Under the pieces are notes generated by a model, which made no database searches, was not told where the DNA came from, and saw only the letters and a list, made by a program, of their open reading frames with translations. A stretch of 64,000 nucleotides of DNA from Fibrobacterota bacterium (GTDB taxonomy: Bacteria > Fibrobacterota > Fibrobacteria > UBA11236): positions 348 to 64,347 of the forward strand of contig JAYUVP010000304.1 of assembly GCA_043753995.1 (NCBI GenBank), given 5' to 3'. Both the position numbers and the translations under genes were made by a program. The stretch's first letter is position 1. Every line of letters begins with the position of its first letter. This document shows positions 48,820-55,741 of the stretch, piece by piece.

Positions 48820-49831
48820 GAATGCCCGCCTTGGTGAACTCGGCGGTTTTTTAGAAGGCTATCTCTTTTCTTTTAGCCGCGAAAGCCGCCAAGGTTTTTC
48901 GCTTTTGTCGCACCCGTCTTCGTCACAATCGTCTGCTAGGCTATCGCATGCGAAGAGCACGGCTTTGCACCTGCATTACACCTTGGGGCTCTTTCTTAAA
49001 AACATGCGGGCCATGGGCTGCGAAGCGCCGTCAGACATGCAGGCCGAGCACATCACGCGGTATTTCGCGGGCATGCGGAATAGGCGACCCGCCACCTTGG
49101 CTTATCATCGCTGGGCCATACAGGATTTCTTCGCGTGGCTTATTGAGCGGGGTTATTTGCTCATCAGCCCATGGCCGGAAAGTCTTGCACTCAAAACCCC
49201 GCCGCCGTATCCGCGCCTCATTTTACCGCCGCAAGAAATTCTCGGGCGGTTTGCGGCCGTCACGGGGGCCGCTGGTGATGACGATAGGAAGAGCGGCACG
49301 CCGCTGGCCCTAAGAGACCGCGCAATTCTGGAAATCGCCTACGGCCTGGGACTACGCATGAGCGAATTGTGCCGCTTGAATGTGGGCGATATTCGCGGCG
49401 ACCTGCTTTTCGTGCGGGGCAAGTTCGGCAAAGAGCGCATGATGCCGCTAGGGCTTTCGGCGTCTGAGTCACTTGCGCGTTACCTCGCCTTATCTCGCCC
49501 TATACTCAAGGCCCGTCAAAAAGCCGAGACGCAAGCCGCCGGGTATCCGTTGGAATCAAGCGACCCGCTTTTCCTTTCACGCTGCGGAACGCGGCTATTG
49601 CCCGGCGGTTATGAATGGCTCATGAAGCGGTGTCGCAAGGCCATGCCGGGGCGTTTCTCAATGCACGGTTTGCGGCACGCTTTCGCAACCCACATGCTTG
49701 AAGGCGGCGCACCCTTGCCGGTGATACAAGCCTTGCTCGGACACGAGAAAATGGAAACGACCTCACGCTATGCCCATGTAAGCGTGAAAGCGCTTCGAGA
49801 AGTTCTAGACCGGTGCCACCCAAGAGCGTAG
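48776..49831 (+). CDS. Tyrosine recombinase 2 (XerC/XerD-like)
   Basis: RDRAILEIAYGLGLRMSE, RGKFGK, HGLRH and LLGHEKMETTSRY give a complete catalytic set; overlaps the end of recombinase 1. Confidence 0.93.
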   Translation: MKKSLQKPMPKSAHENARLGELGGFLEGYLFSFSRESRQGFSLLSHPSSSQSSARLSHAKSTALHLHYTLGLFLKNMRAMGCEAPSDMQAEHITRYFAGMRNRRPATLAYHRWAIQDFFAWLIERGYLLISPWPESLALKTPPPYPRLILPPQEILGRFAAVTGAAGDDDRKSGTPLALRDRAILEIAYGLGLRMSELCRLNVGDIRGDLLFVRGKFGKERMMPLGLSASESLARYLALSRPILKARQKAETQAAGYPLESSDPLFLSRCGTRLLPGGYEWLMKRCRKAMPGRFSMHGLRHAFATHMLEGGAPLPVIQALLGHEKMETTSRYAHVSVKALREVLDRCHPRA

Positions 49832-50429
49832 GCGACCCGAGCGCGGGAATCATCACGTAAAATTCAGATTGACGCTGAATGCGTATCTGAGGGCGACGGT
49901 TTGCCACCTATTCCGAATATCTGAGCCAATGGTTGATGGGTTTCCGTTGCCCACTGGTTTTTTGAGGGTGAACACATACATACCGCTCAAGTGTTCGCGC
50001 AGATCTACCGCAATGCCAATTTCACCCATGCTGGTTTTGATGTTTTTGACAATTTCATGGATGCATGCCTTGTTTATCGCGATTATATCTGTCGTACACG
50101 TCACCATAAGTAGATCCTTTGTGACTTATCGTTACCATGCTTGCATTATGTTTCGAGCCAATCAAGTTGGCGGGGTCTTTCGCGCCTTTGCGGTGCTGTT
50201 AGGTTTCTCTTTGTCCTGACAGGCCAAGGCTTTGCATTTGATGCGAGGCCACGGCCAAACGGAGTTTGTCCCGCCGCCGCCTCGCTTGACATTCTTTGCG
50301 CCATCGCCTGCCATGGGTTCACATCACCGCAAGCACGCTTTGGCGGCTTTCATCAAATCCGCCAAAGCGTGCGCGTCATTGCCGGCGGGCCGCTCGCCCT
50401 TCCTGTTCGCTTCTGCTTCGAGGCGAGCT

Positions 50430-50506
50430 TTTACATAATGACGTTTACGCAAACCCTGTCGGGTGCGGCCGCACGGCGGCCTTCGCGTAAAGCGGCATTA
50501 TGCAAA
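50430..50506 (+). other. Composite recombination site A: two inverted dif-like sites (6-bp and 7-bp spacers)
   Basis: TTTACATAA-TGACGT-TTACGCAAA (50430-50453) ... TTCGCGTAA-AGCGGCA-TTATGCAAA (50482-50506). The function is inferred. Confidence 0.7.
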
Positions 50507-50616
50507 CCAGCCGGTTCCACATACGCCCGCTAGGGCGGGCTATGCCATGTCGCGGCGCGAAAGCCCCCTTTGCGCACCCCTGGTGGTTAGATTTCATCCA
50601 CTGTCACTCATCAAGG

Positions 50617-51279
50617 ATGAATTCGGATATGCTTCGATTTGGAAAATTTGTCGTGTTCTCAGGAATGATTTGCTTGCTTGCATTATCAGGTTGCAATGAC
50701 CCGAAATCAGCTTCAAAAGAAAATTTCAAAAAGGCTCTTCAAGTCTATTACGATGCCCACCCTTTGATTGTCACTCAAATTTGGCTGACGCTGCCGGTGA
50801 TTGAGGGCAGTTCGGCGTATAAAACGAATGAAGAATTTGTGACGTTTTTCGCCTCGGTCGGCTACTTGGAAGGCCGTGACACGGTTGCCGAAATTGATTC
50901 TGTCGGATATTTGGAAGGACACTTTGCGCGTGTCAATATCAAAATCAAGCGCCCCACAAAAGTTTGGCAATTGACCGAAGAGGGAAAAAAGAATTTCATA
51001 ACCACGTCAAACCCTTTGGTTGGTTCGGTAGGTGGTTTCAGATGGGCCGATGTTCAGGTTAAGGACGTGGAGTCGTTCACCGAACCGGCGGACATGATGG
51101 GCAAGCGTGTAAGCGAGGCAACCTATTCGATCACCCTTGTGAATGAAAAACCTTGGGTCAACCAAATCAAGGGGAAAAGGGGGTTCGCTGCCAACTTTAT
51201 GTACCTCGACCAAATTGGCGCTGCAAGAAAATCGAGTTTGGTTCTGACTTCGGACGGATGGGTTGACGCAAGGCAGTAA
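50617..51279 (+). CDS. Hypothetical lipoprotein
   Basis: Start ATG 50617 or 50629; lipobox LSGC followed by NDPKSASKENFKKAL. Lies between composite sites A and B. Confidence 0.7.
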   Translation: MNSDMLRFGKFVVFSGMICLLALSGCNDPKSASKENFKKALQVYYDAHPLIVTQIWLTLPVIEGSSAYKTNEEFVTFFASVGYLEGRDTVAEIDSVGYLEGHFARVNIKIKRPTKVWQLTEEGKKNFITTSNPLVGSVGGFRWADVQVKDVESFTEPADMMGKRVSEATYSITLVNEKPWVNQIKGKRGFAANFMYLDQIGAARKSSLVLTSDGWVDARQ

Positions 51280-51287
51280 ATCCAGGA

Positions 51288-51912
51288 CTTGGGCGTCCGC
51301 GTAGCGGAAACCCATTTCGGTACTCTTTTCCGCTGCCACCATCATTTTCAAATGGCTTCCCAAGCATTGAAATTCTGTGTTCATCGACCTTGGGCTTCCG
51401 CGCAGCGGAAGACCAAGGCCACAAGCAAGCACTAGGCCGCTACAGCGTGGCGGCGTCTCATGCGCGTGCGGGGTACGGCTCCACACGCGCCAGCCCGCAC
51501 CGCCGCCGTCATATACGGGTTACCCTCTCGTTTGGCCTTCCTCTCCCGCTGTCTCATGACTCGCCCGTGCCTCGACATTTGGTCCTTGCTTGCGACAGGA
51601 CTCGGGGATTAGGCCGCTCGCTTCGCGAGACGTCCTAACCCCCGAGTTCGTCGGAACGCCTCGTAGCATTGTCCACTCTCCAGGGAATAGGGTGGGTGGC
51701 GCGCTAGGCGACCCTAAGCCCCTTGGCGGCTTAATGCCCACAGGGCCGCCAAGGGGATTGCGGCAAGTTTGCATAATCACGACTTAAACGAACCCCGTCA
51801 ACCGGGGTTTGAGTAAGTCGGATTATGTAAAGCCGCCCGCGAAGCGTGCGGCGGACTTGGCGTTGGGTCGCCAGCCCTTGGGGTGCGGGGAGCGCGGAGC
51901 ACACCAAGGGCT
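51288..51912. other. Hairpin-dense non-coding region
   Basis: Stems at 51388-51418, 51600-51647, ~51720-51756 and 51873-51912; a 22-bp direct repeat at 51288 and 51389; no convincing ORF. Confidence 0.65.
51768..51831 (-). other. Composite recombination site B: inverted copy of site A architecture
   Basis: Minus strand reads TTTACATAA-TCCGAC-TTACTCAAA-CCCC...GGGG-TTCGTTTAA-GTCGTGA-TTATGCAAA. Confidence 0.7.
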
Positions 51913-52096
51913 TGACGCAGTATGCGCGGTGCCGTCATGAATGCCAAAGTGGCGGACGGTCGCCGGGCTTGCCCGGCGGTGGTCTGCCACCATGCTAGGC
52001 ACGGCGCAGGATGCGGCAAAGCGCGGGGGGATGGGAGGAGGACAGGGAATCTCCTGGTTATCTTTCGTGTTACCTCGTTATACCCGGAGTCTTTAC

Positions 52097-52549
52097 ATGG
52101 ATTGGCGCAGCGTCATGCGTATTGTCTATGCTGCATCGCTGGCTTTCGTTGGCTTGTTCTTCCTTGCCGTCATGCTGGCGCAAATCGAGGTGGCTAAACA
52201 AATTGCGAAGCTCCCGGTACTCTCATTCAGCATGATGTCCTTGCTTTGGCTATCGCCGGGCGTGTTGGCCGTGCTGTCGGCTTGGCGTCTATGGTCCGCT
52301 AAAGGGGCGGCGCTCGTCTTTTGGGCTTCGGTGAGTCCGGCTTATGTCCTTGCACGCTTTTGGGCGCATCAGCGCCCCGCATGGCTTGGCGGCATGGTTC
52401 ACGGCGAATGGGGGTTGGCTTCGGCCATGAGCGGCGGCCCCGACAAGATGCTGGCGGCAGTGATATGGCTTGCCATGCTCATCCTAGGGCTTGGGGGCTT
52501 ATTCGCCGTTGCCGCCTTCTTTTTCCCTAAAGGCAATCCTAAGCCCTAG
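52097..52549 (+). CDS. Hypothetical integral membrane protein (~4 TM)
   Basis: ATG 52097 with GGAG RBS (ORF from 51941); hydrophobic helices. Confidence 0.6.
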   Translation: MDWRSVMRIVYAASLAFVGLFFLAVMLAQIEVAKQIAKLPVLSFSMMSLLWLSPGVLAVLSAWRLWSAKGAALVFWASVSPAYVLARFWAHQRPAWLGGMVHGEWGLASAMSGGPDKMLAAVIWLAMLILGLGGLFAVAAFFFPKGNPKP

Positions 52550-52595
52550 AGTGGGGGGTCAAAAAAAGAGCCTTATACGATTTTTTGGACCTCTG

Positions 52596-52634
52596 TAGGT
52601 GATAATGGAAATCATCACCTATGTGCTTTCGGGA
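52596..52634 (+). repeat. attR: symmetric tyrosine-recombinase core plus the 30-bp direct repeat
   Basis: TAGGTGATAA-TGGAAA-TCATCACCTA (9/10 inverted arms); 52605-52634 is identical to 33917-33946. Confidence 0.85.
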
Positions 52635-53144
52635 GCTCTGGAGCATCGCGACTCGCTGGGCAATGGCGGTCTCCTGAAACGCGATACCGTGCAACGCATG
52701 CGCGCGGGCACGGGCATACGCCATAGCGAAGCCAATCCCGATTCCAATAAGCCCTTGCATCTGTTTCAAATCTGGATTTTGCCCCAGGTCAAGAATCTTT
52801 CGCCGGCCTATGAAGATCGGTATTTCGATCCGCAGGGCGCGCTTGGCAAGTGGCAATTGCTGGCTTCGAAGGATGGCCGCGAAGGCAGTTTAGATATCGC
52901 TCAGGATGCGAGCTTATGGCGGGTGTTTTTGCGGCCAGGCGAAGAGGTATCGCTCACGTTACCTGAGGGCGAAGGCCACGCCTTTCTACAATTGGCGAGC
53001 GGCGAAGCCGAGGTCAGCACGGTGGGCGAAGGAGAGGCGGCGGCTACACTCAAGGGGAGTGATGCCGCCGCGATGAGCCAAGTGAGGAGCGTGAAGGTGA
53101 AAGCACTGCAAGCCACCGAGGCCTTATTATTCGGGTTGAGATAG
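52605..53144 (+). pseudogene. Displaced 3' fragment of the pirin gene (lacks codons 1-61)
   Basis: Begins MEIITYVLSG and is highly similar to residues 62-245 of 33734-34471; upstream sequence is unrelated to pirin. Confidence 0.88.
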
Positions 53145-53154
53145 GCCTTGCAAA

Positions 53155-53496
53155 TTATTCCTTAGAAGGAAACTGCGACGCGATCCAACCCACTACGGTG
53201 ACAACGAGCCAACCCAATACAGCGGGCCATAGTCCGTCTATGGTAAATCCCGGTAATAGCCAGGCCACCAAGCCCAACATGGCCGCATTGATCACGATTA
53301 AGAAAAGTCCCAAAGTGATCACGGTGATAGGAAAGGTGAGTAAGATGAGCACCGGTTTCACCACCGCGCTTACCACGCCAAAGAGGATTGAGGCTAGGAT
53401 TAAGGTCCCCCATCCCTCGACTCGGAATCCTGGTATCAGATAGGCCGCGAGCCACAAGCTCAGGGCGACGACTAAAAAACGGATGAGTATGGACAT
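53155..53496 (-). CDS. Phage-holin-family (YvlD-like) membrane protein
   Basis: PGFRVEGW, VKPVLILLTFPITVITLGLFLIVINA and PGFTIDG motifs. Confidence 0.88.
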   Translation of the reverse strand: MSILIRFLVVALSLWLAAYLIPGFRVEGWGTLILASILFGVVSAVVKPVLILLTFPITVITLGLFLIVINAAMLGLVAWLLPGFTIDGLWPAVLGWLVVTVVGWIASQFPSKE

Positions 53497-53526
53497 GTTA
53501 CCTACTTCCGAAGCTGTAGTTGCCGA

Positions 53527-54039
53527 TTAGGCGAGTTTGGTGCCGCTGAAAGAGGGAGTTGCGAGAGAAGGCAGCCCTTCTGCCTCGTATTGCGCGGTCA
53601 AATTCTCCTTCGCTTCGGCAATCTGATTACCAAGCTCCTCAAAGTCGACACCAGCCTCTTTGGCTTGGGCGAACATTCCGTCCTCTCTTTTTTCTTCTTC
53701 TTTGACATGGTGTTTGATTAATTCCGATAGGACTTTGACCTTGGCGTCGAAAAAATCGTCCTCTGGAGAACCGGTCTCGATTTCCGCGAGCATCACCTTT
53801 GCGCCGTCATGCTCCACAAAGGCCTCGTGCCACAATTCCTCTTCCACCTTACCCTTGCAGGCGGGGTAAAAAATGTCCTCTTCTATTTTGGTATGGATGG
53901 CCAGTTCCATGCAGATTTGCGCGGCGATGGTTTTTTTCTTGGCCTTGGAATTAGTGGCGTCGTATTGCTCAAAAAGGCTTTCCACCTTACGATGGTCGGC
54001 TTTGAGTAAGGCCACGGCGTCGATGTTGGAATTTTTCAT
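53527..54039 (-). CDS. Hemerythrin/HHE cation-binding domain protein
   Basis: LLKADHRKV, HTKIEEDIFYP, EHDGAK and HHVKEEE motifs. ATG 54039 has a GGGAG RBS. Confidence 0.88.
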   Translation of the reverse strand: MKNSNIDAVALLKADHRKVESLFEQYDATNSKAKKKTIAAQICMELAIHTKIEEDIFYPACKGKVEEELWHEAFVEHDGAKVMLAEIETGSPEDDFFDAKVKVLSELIKHHVKEEEKREDGMFAQAKEAGVDFEELGNQIAEAKENLTAQYEAEGLPSLATPSFSGTKLA

Positions 54040-54331
54040 GGATATCTCCCTGTTATGGACATTTTTGAACATATACGAAGCTAGCCAGTCGGACTATGGG
54101 GTGTTTCCATAAGTCGCCGGAATATTCTTGGCTGTAATTGATATGTGTAAAACGATACAAAAGTTATAATACGAAATATTGCGTAGTGCCGTTATTGAGA
54201 AATAAAGTCGGTTCTGTCAATGGAGTGAAATGCGCTCAGGATATGGTATTGATATATAAAGGCGGGCCTTTTATGACGATATTGTTTGTAAGTAGCTCCG
54301 TGGCGATTCCGCCAATGTGATCGGAGATAAA

Positions 54332-54535
54332 ATGTTTAAAGGACTCTTTGCAGCGCTAATGCTCGTGGGACTCGTTTTGCTTGGGTGGGGATTGCAGGCC
54401 TACCGGAGCGTAGGTTCAGAAATGACGGAGACCTTCACGGGAGCGCCGTCCGACAAGGCTATTTGGTTGCTTGCGGGTGGGGCCATTGCCGCACTAGCGG
54501 GAGGCTTTGGGCTTATCCGGGGTGGACGCGCTTGA
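54332..54535 (+). CDS. DUF3185-family small membrane protein
   Basis: GLVLLGWG...SVGSEMTETFTGAPSDKAIWLLAGG. Confidence 0.8.
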   Translation: MFKGLFAALMLVGLVLLGWGLQAYRSVGSEMTETFTGAPSDKAIWLLAGGAIAALAGGFGLIRGGRA

Positions 54536-54586
54536 AGCCTTTCGAAAAGGTTTAGCTGCTTTCGCCCGTGGCGAAGGCCTTGGCTT

Positions 54587-55699
54587 TCACTCTAGCGTCG
54601 AGGCCGTCACGGTATGACGCGTATCTTCATGCATGGAAATGCCCGGCAGGGCATACCATGTACCACCCAAGTTACCCCGTATCACGGAGCGATCAATGAC
54701 AATGTCGCCGGAATGATCATTGGTGACGAAGAAAATTCCTGCCCCATGAGCGATGACTTCGTTCTTTTCGATGGCGACACCGCAAAGCGAAAGTGTCATG
54801 GTATTGCCGTCATTATATATGGCTCCGCCGCTACCGCCTCCAGGCGTGCCCGATTGCGCGGGGTTTCCGCCCCGACCCACGGCGCGATTGTGCGAAAACA
54901 AGCTATTGATGATTTTCCAGGAGACGCCGATGCTGCTGACGCCGCCACCATTGGAGCCGATATTGCCGTAACCTGGAGCTCCGCCGAAAGTGGAATTCAC
55001 GACATAAACGGGCTGGCCCTTGTATTGGCTGAAAACGCGCAAGGCAGCTCCACCCACATCGGGGCCTTCCAGGGCGCAGGCATTGTTGAAGAAACGGCAA
55101 TTCACCACCTTGAGCCGTCCGCCGCGCACCCAAACGGCACCGCCGCCGTCATACTCGGTTTCGCTGCGTGAATCCCCGTTGATAAAGGTGAGGTTTTGCA
55201 AGGTCAGGCGGGGATGATCTTGATCCTGGCAATGCGATGTCGTCCATTTTTGATTCGAGTCGCAGGTATTCATATACAGGATGCGGGTCTTGTTTTCACC
55301 GCTCAAGGTGATGAGGCCGCGACCATCGAGTACGATTTCGGGCGAGGCGTCATTGAAAACCTTGGCCGGACGCGAAAGCCGGATGAGGGTCGGCTCTTTG
55401 CCGCAATCGAAAGCAATGCGGCCGCCTAAAGCAACGGCTTGGAGAACAGCCGCTTCGGTGCAAGATTCCGCCGTACCGGACCCAATGACGCGATCGGGAG
55501 AGTCCATGTCGACCAGGCCCCCCTCGGCGGGAATGGAGCACGTACCGTCTGGGTTACCGGCGGCAGGGCCATGGGCGGGATTCTTGAGGGGATTGTCCAC
55601 GGACACCGTGGGGCTAACGGATTCGCGGCAGGCCACAAGGCAAAAAAAGACTAGGCAGGCCCAAGCCCTTGGTTTATTCACGGCAAAACTGCAAAACAT
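54587..55699 (-). CDS. Right-handed parallel beta-helix (pectin-lyase-fold) lipoprotein
   Basis: Lipobox LVAC; GGGAVW, GGAAL, GGGVS and GGAIY repeats with N-x-A/FxxN. Likely start ATG 55699. Confidence 0.7.
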   Translation of the reverse strand: MFCSFAVNKPRAWACLVFFCLVACRESVSPTVSVDNPLKNPAHGPAAGNPDGTCSIPAEGGLVDMDSPDRVIGSGTAESCTEAAVLQAVALGGRIAFDCGKEPTLIRLSRPAKVFNDASPEIVLDGRGLITLSGENKTRILYMNTCDSNQKWTTSHCQDQDHPRLTLQNLTFINGDSRSETEYDGGGAVWVRGGRLKVVNCRFFNNACALEGPDVGGAALRVFSQYKGQPVYVVNSTFGGAPGYGNIGSNGGGVSSIGVSWKIINSLFSHNRAVGRGGNPAQSGTPGGGSGGAIYNDGNTMTLSLCGVAIEKNEVIAHGAGIFFVTNDHSGDIVIDRSVIRGNLGGTWYALPGISMHEDTRHTVTASTLE

Positions 55700-55741
55700 T
55701 GATATTTCACCCCTTAATTTCTCCCTTGTGTGTCCTCTCCC

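Larger units (their letters stand above)
33917..52634. mobile_element. ~18.7 kb integrative element inserted in the pirin gene
   Basis: Bounded by a 30-bp direct repeat with a duplicated, diverged 3' pirin; contains a primase-ATPase, two tyrosine recombinases, an XRE regulator and toxin/immunity-like cargo. Confidence 0.8.

Noticed and set aside
49869-50533. Plus-strand ORFs 49869-50219, 50141-50533, 50232-50438 as genes
   Set aside because: No RBS or motifs, atypical composition, and they run through hairpins and site A.
51288-51410. Mini-CRISPR array
   Set aside because: Only two 22-bp units, a 79-bp spacer and no cas genes; kept only as a direct-repeat finding.
50430-51831. Classical integron attC sites or the chromosomal dif site
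   Set aside because: The RYYYAAC/GTTRRRY cores of attC are absent and no IntI-specific insertion was recognised in the recombinases; inner arms deviate from dif and the sites are paired and duplicated.
33734-53144. Two pirin copies as assembly artefact or plain paralogy
   Set aside because: The copies are diverged outside a 30-bp core, and the second starts abruptly at a symmetric recombinase-type site.
44098-53496. Prophage (XRE, primase, integrases, holin-family gene)
   Set aside because: No capsid, terminase, tail or lysin genes; the YvlD-like holin-family gene lies outside attR and is a common host membrane protein.
54138-54152. FNR box (TTGAT...) upstream of hemerythrin/DUF3185
   Set aside because: Second half-site does not match ATCAA.
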